Assembly (NCBI RefSeq): GCF_963921235.1
Contig: NC_086108.1
Location: 71,860,001 to 71,924,000, forward strand
Source of the DNA: Mobula hypostoma
Lineage: Eukaryota
Length of the DNA: 64,000 nucleotides
Reading direction: 5' to 3'
Part shown: positions 34,311-47,700 of the stretch, piece by piece
How the letters are laid out: each line of letters begins with the position of its first letter
How positions within the stretch are numbered: the first letter of the stretch is position 1
Program-made: the position numbers and the translations under genes
The notes under the pieces: model-generated
What the model saw: only the letters and a program-made list of their open reading frames with translations
The model's database searches: none
What the model was told of the DNA's origin: nothing

Positions 34311-34560
34311 TCTTGTCCTTGCCTCTGTGGGGTAAGTCAGGCTGTTCTGCTGTTGCCCTGTGGGGGGGGGGGGTCATGTCTTGTCTTGTCCTTGCCTCTG
34401 TGGGGTAAGTCAGGCTGTTCTGCTGTTGCCCTGTGGGGGGGGGGGTCATGTCTTGTCCTTGCCTCTGTGGGGTAAATCAGGCTGTTTTGCCATTGCACTG
34501 TGGGGGGATATGTCTTGTCTTTGCCTCTGTTGGGTAAGTCTGGCTGTTCTGCTGTTACCC
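34311..34560. repeat. Four copies of a 62-73 bp repeat with variable G-runs
   Basis: tcttgtccttgcctctgtggggtaagtcaggctgttctgctgttgccc-like units start at 34311, 34384, 34451 and 34513. Confidence 0.9.
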
Positions 34561-34783
34561 AACAGGTAGACCTGTCCCACCTTGGTGTGCAGAGGTTGAG
34601 TCCTGGCTTGTCTAAGTATGAGTCCTGGTTCTTTGTCTTTGTGCTGTCCTGTCTCATGTTGGTGTCATGTTAATGATGAGTCCTGGCTTTTTGAAGGACA
34701 AGTCCTGGCTCTATGTTGATGTTCAGTTCCCAGTCGGTCTCTTAGCTCCAGCCTCTGAGTTATCAGCCTCTGCATTTCAAGAT

Positions 34784-34887
34784 GAAGATCCCGCAGCCAA
34801 GCCCCAAGAACCCCAGCCTCGAAGATCTCGCAGCCAAGCCCCAAGAACCCCAGCCTCGAAGATCCCGCAGACAAGCCCCAAGAACCC
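34784..34887. repeat. 37-bp tandem repeat, about 2.8 copies
   Basis: gaagatcccgcagccaagccccaagaaccccagcctc-like units at 34784, 34821 and 34858. Confidence 0.92.
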
Positions 34888-35044
34888 TGTCATGTCCCTA
34901 CTCTAGTCAAGTCCTGTTCCTTGTACTTCAGTGTTTGTGTCTTACTTTTGGGTCTGTTACCAGCACCCCACTGTGACAAAATTTTCATGCCCTCAGGTTG
35001 GAAGCTACCCAGATGGAAAGAAAAGATGAGGACATTAATAAATC

Positions 35045-35500
35045 TGCAATATGAGCATATATTAGGTAATTAATTTAAAAGCAGATTGACGTTTGATGTT
35101 ACATTTTGTTAGGAAGCATGAGGTCATATGTTGTTTAGGGAAAATAAGAAGGGAAGGTAAGTTGAGTGCAGGAGCAAAGGGATCTCGTAAACCAATCAAT
35201 AAGAGCAATACCACAGTTAGTTACGGCCAAAACAGCCAGCCAAGCTCAAATATTTTTCTAGAGAAAATTGAAACAGCAAGAGTTATGCTAAACTTGTACT
35301 GAACTTTCTTTGATTAGGGTCGGTGTACTCGATGTGGTGCCTGTTGCCATACTATAAAAAGTATACAGAGGCACCAGAGGATGATAAAATGCATTAGCAA
35401 GAATAATACCAGAAACACAAAGATACCTTACTGAAAATAAAGGATAAACAATCAGTCTGTTTTCTCCTGAACAGCAAAAACTGAGAGTGACCTTATGAAC
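35045..35500 (+). mobile_element. Old CR1 RT C-terminal fragment (possibly continuing 33235-33410)
   Basis: Degenerate LHF.RK and VMLNLY.T motifs; KF.ND.T-like remnant near 33310. Confidence 0.45.
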
Positions 35501-37659
35501 TTGCTTTTAGACTTATTTCTTGGGATGTTGCTAGCCACCAGATTCTCACAGGTAACTAGAATTTGGAAATAAATGCTGGCTTCAGTAACAATACTGAAAT
35601 TCTGAAAAATGAATGAGTAAAATAAAGGTATGGTCTATTTCTAAATGCCCCTCAGAAGAGTGGTAGTGAGAAACTTCCTTGTGCCTAGTAAAGGTATTCC
35701 CACAGTTGTGTTGGGTAGTGAATTTCACAATTTAGACCCAATGACGATAAAAAAATCAGGACATACTTCCTCACCAGGGTGATGTGTTAATTGGAAGGGA
35801 ACCCAATGTCTTGATAGAATAGACATAGAGATTGTTTCTACTCATGGGACAAACAAAACTGAAGATCATTAGTGTAAGAAAATCACCAAGAAATCATTAG
35901 GCAATTCTGGGAATGGTGAGACGGAGTGCAATAGGGAGCTCTGGAAATGAAGGGTATGGAGGTGCTAAGGAGAAGGTAGCAAAATTGTGAGGTTGAATGT
36001 AGAAGTGTGTTAGATAAAGTGAACATAGAACGTAGAACAGTACAGCACGGTACAGGCCTTTGCCCGTTATGTTTTGCCGACCCTTTAACCTACTCTAAGA
36101 TAAATCTAACCCTTCTCTCCCGCATAGCTTTCCATTTTCTTTCATCCATGTGCCAAAGTGAGTTGTTAAGGAAACATAAATACTCTCATGATCCTGTTTC
36201 TCTGTTTAATATTTTCTGTAACTCTAAGTTTCAACATGCAGGACTTTAACACTTAACTTACAGCCATGACTTCAGACAAGACTATTTGTCAATGTCAGCC
36301 ATACTACTTAGTGGAGCCAATTCAGACCTGTCTTATAGGAGGTGAGAGAGCAGATCGCTTCCTACCCTTCTAACTGCCAAAGGGTGAGAATGGAAGAAGG
36401 AAAAATGTTCTACAGCTGATCTAATCAAATGAAATGATAACAGCAGCTTTGCAAAAGGGAATTCTTATGTACAGGCAAACGTTTAGTAAATTTTAATTTT
36501 CTCACAGAATTATGTCAGGTATTTAACGTTGGGGTGACCTTAAGTTAAGGTATGTAAGTATATTAGTGCCATTGATATTAGTTAACTTGCCATTTGATCC
36601 ACTGGGATTGAACCCTAGGGTCCTGGTTAAATTATCTACCTTGGTTTTTGCTGAATAAGTAAAATGGCATGGTGAATGAAGTGGAATAGAAATCAGACTT
36701 CTGTACAATTTAATTGAGAGTGTCAGCTAAATAATATACTTAAGAACCCTTTTTATTCTAACCATTTGTATCTGCAGTTGGAATATTTGAATAAATTAAG
36801 AGTTATAAATGTAACAAATGACTTTTTTTCAGTGTCACTCATTTAAATGATATCTTTAGTGGGGCTTATTTAGAACTCAAAAGCACCAATGTCCCTTCTG
36901 ATCTGGAAACCATGGTGGCTTTCATAATTAGGTGAATTGATCTGGATGTGCCTCGCTGGAAGCTTCAACTCAACAGGTGTTTTTGCTATCCAACAGGGAG
37001 TAACATTTTCAGAGAATGCATTTTGGGCAGATTGGGAGGCTGGATAAACCTCTGGGGTGGAATGCAGGTGTTGGTTAGCTGAAGGGAACAAAATGTCCAA
37101 CTGGAGCCTATACTGCAGATTACAGGCTGAATTTGGTTTCTCCAATACTGTACAGAGAAAACCAGTACTGTAAGTGTCAAGTGCAGTGTGCTAATTAGGG
37201 GAAATAAAAGTGAAAACAGGACTGAATGAACATTAAATCAAAAACTCACAGCGGATCAGCTACATCAACTGGATGTAAGTGAATGCATGGCGGAATTTGA
37301 AGAATGGCAGGGGAGACGAGAATCCATTCAATAACTTGAGCAGCATTTAACCTTGAACCAACATCACTAAAGTGGGAAAATATCTAGTCGTTCATTTCAG
37401 TTTTGAAATGGGACCCTTGAACAATCTGTCTCACTATATTACAAAAATGCTAGATGGTAATTCATTGATTATGAATATCTTTGGTATATCCTAACGTTGG
37501 GTGAGCTGCAATTATACATCTTCTTTTCCACCAATATTGCCCACAATCTGCAATTCTGGACAGAAAAGCTTCTGTAATTTATTTCAATATAAGAATTATT
37601 TCTACCATAGATGGGTCACAATATTTTGCTGACATAAGATGTTAAGTAGAGCACAGGAG

Positions 37660-38600
37660 AGTTACAGTGTGAGAACAGGCCCTTCAGCCCATGATGTTGT
37701 ACCAAACTAATTAACATCAAATGCCCAACTAAACTAATCTTTTCTGCCTACAACATTGCGATATCCTTCCATTTCTTGCTTATTCATGTAGTTATCTAAA
37801 AACCTCTTGAATGCCTCTATTGTATTTGCCGCCAGCACTACCCAAGGAAGCACATTCCAGGCACCCATTACATTCTCTGTTTTTAAAAAAAACATCTCTT
37901 TTGAACTTATTCCCTCTCACATTATATGCATATCCTCTGGTATTAGATATCTCAACATTGAAAAATATACTCTAGCTATGGCTCTTATAAAACTGGGCCA
38001 AATATCCCCTCATCATTTGCTGCTCTAGAGAAAACAACCCAAGTTTTTCCGGTTCTCTTTAGTGTATATACCCTCTAATCCAAGCAGCACCCTGGTAAAC
38101 CACCTCTGCACCCTCTCCAAAACATTAACATTCTTCCTATAATGGAGCGACCAAAACTGAATGCGAGATGTGATCTATCCAGAATTTTATAAAGCTGCAA
38201 CATAACTTTCTGATACTTAAACTCATTTCCATGATGAATAAAGGAAAGCATGCTTTCTTTACCACCCTTTCAATCTGTGCAAACCATTTTCAGGGAACTG
38301 TGGCCTTGCAGCCCAAGATCTCACGGCACATTAACATGTAACGTTCAATTTATATTTGATCTTCCAATGTGCAACGCTTCAAATGTGAAATTGGCCATTT
38401 CCACCTGACACTTCTCTGCCCATATCTGCATCTAATCTATATCCCACAATATACTTTGGCAGTCTTCTATGCTATTCACATCACCACCAAGTGTTGTATT
38501 GTCAGCAAACTTACTAACTCATCAATCTAGATTTTCATCCGGGTCATTTATATACTATATATTACAAACAGCAGATGCCCAATATGGATCCCTGCAGAAC
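37660..38600 (-). mobile_element. Old CR1 3' fragment
   Basis: caggcccttcagcccatgatgttgt 3' end; minus strand FWSLHYRKNV..LERVQRWFTR and SKFADNT. Confidence 0.75.
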
Positions 38601-39079
38601 ATCATGAGTCTGATTAAGACTGTAAACACTGTTCCCCAACTGTTCTCTCACTGAAAAGTCAATCACCTGGCCAAACTTATTATCCAACACCAGCTCCAGT
38701 ACAGCCCCTCCTCTTGTTGAACTATCTCAGCCTTCCCGGATGCACCTAACAAAATCTTCTGCATCTAAACCTCCTGCACTACAAAGCTCACAGTTCATAT
38801 TAGGGAATCAGAGACACTCTGTTCTGACACAACCTGGGGAGGTTGTTTACCTGAAATTGTAGAATTCCATGGTAAGGAGTCAATTCCAAAGAGGAGATGT
38901 TGTACCTTAACCTTACACTGGGCTTTGTTGAAACAATGTAAGAGGAGAAAGGCCGAGGAGGTAGTCTAGTTGCGGATCGCACAGCTGTTTCACAGATTCA
39001 GTGACTCAGTGGTCTCTAACCCACTGAAGCAGTTGTATACCTGCCGTGACATTGTGCTATTTTGAATCATAGGAAGGGA

Positions 39080-39520
39080 AGAAGTAATGAAGGGAACTGC
39101 AATAGCCTTGGGAGATTTCAATTTCTGTATTGACTGGATGAATCACCGGCAAGTGAATCATCGAAAAAGAATTTGTGGAATGAGTCAGGGATTGCTTCTT
39201 AAAACACTGTGTATAGAACCAAGCCAGGAACAGGCTCTTTTAGGTTTGTTCATGATTAATTAGGAAAGATTAAAAAGATATCTTGTGGTTAAAGATCTCC
39301 TAGGAGGTAATGACTACAGTAAAATAGAGTTTGAGGTAAAATTTGAGGGTGAACACCACAGAACCACTTTCTTCAACATAAATAATGACAATATAATAGT
39401 ATTAAGATGAGGTTGTCTAAGGTGGATTGGAAAAGATTCAGCATAGTAGATGAATAATGGTAGACAACCAAACATCTGGTACATAACGTTCAGCAGGAAT
39501 TTGTTGCAATTATCATAACA
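39080..39520 (+). mobile_element. Old CR1 endonuclease fragment
   Basis: LGDFNFCIDW..EFVE.VRDCFL..VKDLLGGNDY. Confidence 0.65.
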
Positions 39521-39587
39521 GATACAATGGAGCAGGCAAAGGAATGACACCTCATAAACAATATTCTAGGCTTCTTTCACCACCTCT

Positions 39588-39634
39588 ATAGCCAAAGAGG
39601 AGAGAAAATAGCCAAAGAGGAGAGAAAATAGCCA
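39588..39634. repeat. 20-bp tandem duplication
   Basis: atagccaaagaggagagaaa x2.3. Confidence 0.9.
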
Positions 39635-40829
39635 GAACCTCTTCTGTTTCTTTTAAGATGTCCAGTTACCACTTGTTTGTTCTAGAGTAATTTATTCACC
39701 TTTAAGAATTTAAAGATGCTAGATCCATTTGTACATTCCTTCTATCTGTGCTTAATGTTTCCAGCAGCATTCTTTCTCCTTTGTGTTAATACCTACATTA
39801 TCTCCTACTGTGATGACTAGCACCGAGTATTCGTCCAGAACTCTGCACGTACTCTGTCTACCGTATCTTCCATGTGCAGTCCACAATTTTTGTCTCTAAC
39901 AGCACCTGCTCTTTTGATTATCTGTCTTCCATTGATATATTTATTAAGAATTCCTGTGAATATTCTTCTTGTACCTTCTTTGTCTTTTTAATTTAATTCC
40001 TGTTTATTCTCTACTTTTCCAGTTCTGTTGTCATGTTGAACTCTAGGTACTTGTCATAAACTTCCCTTTCTTTCACAGTCTCTCTTTCTTTATATTCCGT
40101 ACCCTCCATTGTCACACTTGCTTCATGGAGCCAAGGCCTGATTCATTATCTGAGGAGTTAACACAACTTTGCTTCTGTATTTGGATCTGAACCTGACCTG
40201 TTCGGGTGGAAAAGGCAGGTGAAGGGTAGCTTATTGCCATCTTGCCTTTTAGCTAGAAATATTTGTGGGATAAATTTTGGCCTGGGATCAAAAGGATCAG
40301 TAGAATTTCATCATTGGTTATAGCCAGATAACTGAGCTGTCAACAGTGATTGAGCCTGGGAAAAAATTTTGAAGTTGGTTATGAGTGAGCTGGGAGCAAA
40401 CAGGATGGAAAAATTTAAAAATACTTTTCTTTTTATATTCTATGTCAATGATTTGGATAATGGAATTGATTGCAAGTTTCTGGCCAAGTTTGCGGATGAC
40501 GCAAAGATAATGGGTAGATAGTGATGAGGAAGCAGGGAGTCTACAGACTTGATGGGCCAAATGGCCTAATGCTCCTATGTTTTATGGTGTTATGGTCTAA
40601 AGTTAGTTTTCTCAAAGGGACCTTTCATCAGTGACTGCAGGGCAAGAATCCATACTGGGGCACTCTCAGCACTGGCCTCTCTTTGCAAACTAATTGTGAC
40701 AAAAAATTATTCAAAGGACCTGCTTGTGACTTCAGGCAACTACATTGCCCACCTAAAAGAATGGACCCCACAAATTTAGCAGTGGGACCAATGCCTAGGT
40801 TGGTAGATCATCACATAGTGCAACAGTTG

Positions 40830-43800
40830 ATCTCACTAGCAGGGATGAAGGCAGAACAGTAACGAATGGAGTTTCTGAAGGAGCAGGATAGATACATTCC
40901 AAAGAAGGAGGAGTATTTTAAATGTAGGATGATGCAACAGTGGCTGACAAGAGAAGTCAAAGACAATATAAAAGCAAAAGAGAGGGCAGATAATAGAACA
41001 AAACGTAATGGGAAGTTAGAGGATTTGGAAGCTTTTAAAAACAATCAGACAACAATGAAAAAAAGCCGCAATGATAAAATATGAAGTTAAGCTAGCAAAT
41101 AATTTCAAAGAGGGTACCAAGAGTTTTTCGCATATATAAATGGTGAAAGAGAGGAGCTATTGAACTGCTAGAAAATGATGCTGGAGAGCTAGTAATGGGT
41201 GATAATGGAAGTGGCGGATGAACTGAATAAGTATTTTGCATCAGTCTTCACTGTGGAAGACACTAGCAATATACCAGAAATTTCAGAGTGTCAGGGTGGG
41301 AGAAATGAGTGTGGTTACTTTTACTAAGGAGAAGATGCTTTGAAAGCTGAAAGATCTGAAGGTAGATAAATCACCTGGACCAGATGGACTACACCCTAGG
41401 GTTCTGAAAGAGGTAGCTGAAGAGATTGTGGAAGCATTTATAATGATCTTTCAAGAATCACTAGATTCTGGAATAGTTTTGGAGGACTGGAAAATTGTAA
41501 ATGTCACTCCACTCCTCAAGAAGGGAGGGAGGCAAAAAAAAAATTATAGGCCAGTTAGCCTGACCTCAGTGGTTGGGAAGAGGCTGAAGTCGATTGTTAA
41601 GGATGTGGTTTTAGTTAACTTGGAGGCACATGACAAAATAGGCCGTAGTCAGCATGGTTTCCTTAAGAGAAAATCTTGTCTGAAAAATCTGTTGGAATTC
41701 TTTGAGGAAATAGCAAGCTGGATAGACAAAGGAGAATCAATGGATGTTGTGTACTTGGATTTTCAGAAGGTGTTTGACAAGCTGGCACACAGAGGTTGCT
41801 TCACAAGATAAGAGCCCATGGTATTATAGGGAAGATACTAGCATGGAGAGAGCATTGGGTGATTGATAGGAAGTGAAGAGTAGGAAGCCTTTTCTGGTTG
41901 GCTGCCAGTGACCAGTGAAGTTTCACAGGGCTCTGTGTTGAGACAGCTCCTTTTTACATTGTATTTCAATAATTTGGATGATGGAATTGATGGGTTTGAA
42001 CTAAGTTTGTGGATGATACAAAATAGGTGGAGGGGCAGGTAATGTTGAGGAAGCAGGAAGGCTGCAGAAGGACTTGGAGAGATTCGGAGAAAGTGCAAAG
42101 GAGAGACAGATGAAATACAGTTTCAGGAAATGTATGGTCATGCAGTTTGGTCGAAGGAATAAAAGTGTAGACTGTTTTCTAAACAGGAGAATTTTCAAAA
42201 AGCTGAAGTGCAAAATGATTCCCTATTTTGTGTGCATAGAATATAAGAGCAAGGATGTAATGTTGATGCTTTATAAGGCACCAATGAGACCTCATCTGGA
42301 GTATTGGGAGCAGTTTTGGGCCCCTTATCTAAGAAAGGATGCGCTGATATTGGAGAGGGTTCAGAGGAGATTAATGAGAATGATTCTGAGAATGAAATGC
42401 TAATTGTATGAGGAATATTTGATGGTTCTGGGCCTGTATTCGCTGGGATTTAGGAGAATGAGGGGAGATCTCATTGAATGTTGAAAGGCCGAGGTCAAGT
42501 GGATGTGGAGAGGATGTTTCAGATAGTGGGGGGGTCTAGGTCCAGAGGGTACAGCCTCAGAATAGAGGGATGTCAATCTAGAATGGAGATGAGGAAGAAT
42601 TTCTTAAGCCAGAGGTAGTTAATCTATGGAATTTGTTGCCACAGGCGGCTGTGGAGGCAAGGTCATTGGGCGCATTTAAGGCGGAAGTTGATCAAGGCAT
42701 GAAAGGTTATGGGGAGAAGGCAGAAGGATGGTATTGAGAGGGAAAATAGATCGTCCATGATCAAATTGTCCATGAACATGTTGTTCCATTGTTTAAAAAG
42801 GGTTCTAAGAGTAAACCTAGCAATTATTGGCCTATGAGTTTGACATCAGTGGTGGGTAAATTAATGGAAAGTATTCTTAGAGATGGTATATATAATTAAC
42901 TGGATAGACAGAGACTGATTAGGAACAGTCAACATAGATTTGTGCTTGGAAGGTCACGTTTGACAAATCTTATTGAATTTTTTTGAAGAGGTTACTAGGA
43001 AAGTTGACGAGGGTAAAGCAGTGGATGTTGTCTATATGGACTTCAGTAAAGCCTTTGACAAGGTCCCACATGGAAGGTTGGTTCCGAAGGTTCAATCGTT
43101 AGGTATTGATATTGAAGTAGTAAAATGGATTCAGCAGTGGCTGGATGGGAGACACCAGAGAGTGGTGGTGGATAACTGTCTGTCAGATTGGAGGCCGGTG
43201 ACTAGTGGTGTGCCTCAGGGATCTGTACAGGGTCTAATGTTGTTTGTCATATACATTAATGACCTGGATGATGGGGTGGTAAATTGGATGAGTAAGTATG
43301 CAGATGATACTAAGATAGGTGGAGTTGTGGATAATGAAGTAGGTTTTGAAAGCTTGCAGAGAGATTTAGGCCAGTTAGAAGAGTGGGCTGAAAGATGACA
43401 GATGGAGTTTAATGCTGGTAAATGTGAGGTGCTACATTTTGGTAGGACTAATCAAAATAGGACATACATGGTAAATGGCAGGGCATTGAAGAATGCAGTA
43501 GAACAGAGGGATCTAGGAATAATGGTGCATAATTCCCTGAAGGTGGAATCTCATGTGGATAGGGTGGTGAAGAAAGCTTTTGGTAAACTGGCCTTTATAA
43601 ATCAGACAATTGAGTATAGGAGTTGGGATGTAATGTTGAAATTGTACAAGGCATTGGTGAGGCCAAATTTGGAGTATTGTGTAGTTTTGGTCACCGAATT
43701 ATAGGAAAAATGTCAACAAAATAGAGAGAGTACAGAGAAGATTTACTAGAATATTACCCGGGTTTCACCACCTGAGTTACAGAGAAAGGTTGAACAAGTT

Positions 43801-44273
43801 GGGTCTTTATTCTCTGGGAGGTTGAGGGGGGACTTGATAGAGGTATTTAAAATTATGAGGGGGATAGATAGAGTTGATGTGGATAGGCTTTTTCCATTGA
43901 GAGTGAGGGAGATTCAAACAAGAGGACATGTTGACAGTTAAGGGGCAAAAGTTTAGGGGTAACATGAGGGGGAACTTCTTTACTTAGAGAGTGGTAGCTG
44001 TGTGGAACGAGCTTCCAGCAGAAGTGGTTGAGGCAGGTTCGATGTTGTTGTTTGAAATTAAATTGGACCACTGTATAGATAGGAAAGGAATGGAGGGTTA
44101 TGGGCTGAGTGCAGGTCGGTGGGACTAGCTGAGAGTAAGAGTTCAGCACGGACTAGAAGGGCCGAGATGGCCTGTTTCCGTGCTGTAATGGTTATATGGT
44201 TATAAATAGCAGAGCAGACTTGATGGGTCGAACAGCCTAATTCTGCTCCTATGTCATATGGTTTTATGGTCTT
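40830..44273 (+). mobile_element. Decayed CR1 ORF2 and 3' UTR, host of a younger CR1
   Basis: ORFs at 40866, 41428 and 42074 are homologous to 19082-21205; the 3' UTR resumes at 44204 and ends atggttttatggtctta. Confidence 0.9.
42767..44203 (+). mobile_element. 5'-truncated CR1 of another subfamily nested in the 3' UTR of the previous CR1
   Basis: YMDFSKAFDKV, GVPQGS and KYADD; tail atggttatatggttat; aaat on both sides (42763-42766, 44204-44207). Confidence 0.9.
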
Positions 44274-45989
44274 ACCTCAAGTAACTAAGGAGAGCCAGCA
44301 TATTTTGAAAGGTCAGTACAGCATATATTTCTCTTTTATGAGTTATAAGCAATTATATTTCCTTTGATGCTGTTACAAGAAAAGTACTTTCTTTTGGCTT
44401 GTCCACTGATTTTTCACATCTGGTGCCTTCATTCTGGGGTGAATTTTGCTGAGTGCAGCACAGTGATTGAACAGCTCTGTAAAAGAGCAGATCCCAGATC
44501 CAGATTGCACCAGTTTCTCTAAAGCCACTGCCAAGCATTATGTCAAAAGTTAGCTTGTTTTCATTTATTTCAGTTTCATGCTTTTATTTTTATACAGTGA
44601 AACTTCTACTTCAAAGTCAGTTTGACTCAGCTCGCCTGATTTATATTTAGAAAAAATATGACAAATATATATCGGCACAATTTCAAAATCTTATGCATTA
44701 ACTATTTTAAGATATGAAAAACCAAGATGGAAAATATGCTCAGGGAATCAGTGTGAAAATTATGCCAACTTAGTCAATGTGTCTTTCATATAAGCAGTCT
44801 TGAATGCCTACTATTACTTTGGTTGCAGTAAGAGATTACACTTTCTTATTCACACAAGTGATATCCGATAGATAGTCCTCAGCGTTGATTGAAAATCAGT
44901 AAAAGTTGAATTGTTGCTAATGACAGTTCCTACCGTGAAGTGAGAATTTTGATTGCTGTTCGATGATTAAGGAATGGATCATAAGATATGAATGCATAAG
45001 CCAGCGACATTGACTAAAATGAAAGAAATTAGCAAGGTCTGCAAACCAATCCACCAGTCCAAAGGACAGTCAGTCATTCTTTCACTATTTTGAGTGCATA
45101 GGTTGATACTTTCATAAAACCTTTGAAACAATCCAGTTTTCTTGCCTGTGATGGTAGCAAATGGACTTAGTTACCCAGGCCTGATGCATATTTGAGCAAT
45201 ATTTATTTGTAGGAAAGCCTGCGAGACATATAGTAGGAGAAATATCTAAACAGACTGATAATAAAGAAGGATCATTTCTGTCACAAGTAACAAAATAGCC
45301 CTTCGACTAAAGATTCTTTATATCTCTAATTTAAACAGAATCTTCACTTCATAGAAAACAGGGATACTTCTGCAGAATAATTTTCAATGGCTTTTTAACC
45401 CAGTAATTGCATTAATATTTTGTGTTTGATCAGTTAGATTCAGTGAACTTGATGATAATATGCTCATTTTCATTTCCACTATCTGAAGGGAAATTCTAGG
45501 TATGGCACTTAATAATTCCTAGAGTTTATTTGGAAAAAGGTGGAGTACAATCAGCCAAGGTTGCCCCTGGACTTAGTGACTGCTCACTTTCTGTCACGAT
45601 GTTTCACAAAGGCATAATCTCTCTTGATCAAGGAGTAGGAATTCTCCCAGCAATGTAATACTGGTGCAGCTGGAATTTGTCATGGTAGATGGTCAGCCGA
45701 GGAGGGTTCCGTTTCCTGGATCTGGCACAATAAACACTTTAGAGACCTCATCAGATCAGGAAAGATGAGCTCAGTGGCACATGAGCCTACATGTTGATGA
45801 AAGATTACTCCAAGGGCCCTAATCTGCTCTGTTAAGTCTACTCTTGCCAACTCATTTTGCAGTTACACCCATCCCTGAATGCCTCTATTTTTCCCTACAT
45901 CTCTATCTGCTCAGCCATCAGCAATGTGGAAACTCAGCCTAGTGCAATATAAATATTCTCCCTTATAGTTAACATCAATAGCTTCTCTT

Positions 45990-46470
45990 CAATCACACTT
46001 TCAACACTTTCCATTATTCTTGGTGCTACAATGGGCGAGCATGTGGTAACGAAGAGATTGTGATGCTGTAATGAGATATAGATACAGATAGATTGGGCAA
46101 AAGCTTGGCAAGTTGAGTTGAATGAGGGAAGTTTGAGGTCACGCACTTTGGTAAGAGGAATCAAAGTGTGTTTCAGAGAGGATACAGTTGGAATACTGCA
46201 CATAGATTTGGTACCCTTACCTAAAAACAGAAGTATAAGCTTTGGAAAGGTTAAAAGTAGATTCACCGGGCTAATTCCTGGGAAGAGAGTGTTATCCTAA
46301 GAGACTAAATATTTTGGGTCATTATTTCTGGGAGATGCTTTACTCAAATATGTACAGTAAGATCCTCAGGAGTTGATGCCAACATAGATCAGCTATAATG
46401 ATATAGAATGACTAGGCAGGTTTGTGGGGTTTTGTGACCTACTCCTGTTCTTATTTTATTACATTCCTGT
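45990..46470 (+). mobile_element. Old CR1 3' fragment
   Basis: DRL.KSL..W-like and EYC..IW.PYL remnants; tail acctactcctgttcttatt. Confidence 0.55.
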
Positions 46471-46504
46471 AATCTCTGTTATAAATGTCTTCTTCAAGAT
46501 TGTT

Positions 46505-47700
46505 TATGATTCAAGATTCAGGATTGCTTAATGTCATTTCCAGTTCACAAGTGTAAAGAAGACGAAATATTTATTACTCAGCATCTGATGCAGCACCAAA
46601 AAAACACTAAGATAAAGAACACAATAATAATAAAAATACACAACAAAATATAAACATGTAAAAGTTTATATACATAGATTGATTGTATGTTCATACAATG
46701 ATACTGGGCACAGGAGTGTCTATACATAAGGTGACTGTCAGGAAATGATAAACTGGTGGTGGTAGGGGGTATGGTGGGGTGGGTCAGTGGGTGGAGGTGT
46801 TGATCAGCCTTATTGTTTGGGGAAAATAACTGTCTTTAAGGCTGGTGGTCCTGATGTGGATGCTATGTAGCCCCTGTCCTGATGTAAGTGGGACAAGCGG
46901 TCCATCAACAGGGTGGGTGGGAACCTTCATGGTGTAACTGGCCCTTTTCTGGCACCTTTCTGTATATATGTCCTTGATGATGGGTAGGGTGGTGCCAGTG
47001 ATGCAGTTTTGATTACCTGTTGTAGAACCTTCCTTTCCACCACATTGCAGTCTCCGTTCCGTGCAGTGATACGATCTGTCAGGATGCTCTCTACCGTGCA
47101 ACTGTAGAATGATGTGTGCATAGACGTGCATCGTCCAGTAGAGGCATTGGTGAGCTTTCCTGATTGTGCAAAATGTCTGCACCAGGAGAGTGTGTGTGAG
47201 ATGTGAAATCTAAGAAGTTTGAAACTGCTCGCAGTTCCCACTGCTGTGTCGCTGACATAAAAAGGGTTGTGAGTGTTGCAGGAACTCCTGAAGTTGATAA
47301 CCATCTTCTTTGTCTTGTTGAGGAAGAAGTTATTTGCATGCACCAGGCCTCGAGGTCTTCTACCATCTGGTTTCTGTCAGCTGTCTCGTCATTGCTGGTG
47401 ATGAGCCCCAACTCTGTTGTCTCATCAGCAAACCTGATAATGTGATTACTTGAACATTTGGCCGTGCAGTCATGTGTGAGAAGAGTGTACAGCAATGGGC
47501 TCTGCACACGGCCCTAGGGGCACCTGTGTTGAGCATGTTGGGGAAGGAGGAACGGTTGTGCATCCAGACTTTCTAAGGTCTGTTGGTGAGGAAGTCCAAC
47601 ACCTAGTTGCACATTAGACCAAGGAGTAGGAGTTTGTTCACCAAAGTCTGTGGGACAATAGAGTTGAATGCCGAACTGAATCCAGAAAAAGCTTCCCTTT
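46505..47700 (-). mobile_element. Rex1/Babar-type LINE RT and 3' end
   Basis: LNTGAP.., SPLLYTLLTHDC.AK.SSNHIIRFADETT, LNKTKKMVINFR, YSCTVESILT and TTSLKDSYFPQTIRLIN; tail gattcaagattcagga. Confidence 0.85.

Larger units (their letters stand above)
33847..34978 (+). mobile_element. Solo-LTR-like element with internal tandem repeats
   Basis: Ends ttttgggtc...tgtgaca like the 8171 and 12432 LTR ends; interrupts the Penelope sequence; 5' TG not preserved. Confidence 0.55.
33415..35030 (-). mobile_element. Penelope-like element 3' end (terminal repeat, purine-rich UTR on + strand, end of ORF), split by an LTR-like insertion
   Basis: Starts cacaaaatgctggaggagctcagcagg, the same terminus as the short palindromic elements; degenerate hammerhead at 33471-33509; resumes at ~34979 with GSFQPEGM on the minus strand, matching Penelope LQP.G.N. 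Confidence 0.7.

Noticed and set aside
34311..34887. CRISPR-like repeat-spacer pattern
   Set aside because: The inter-repeat parts are G-run variants of one unit inside an LTR-like element
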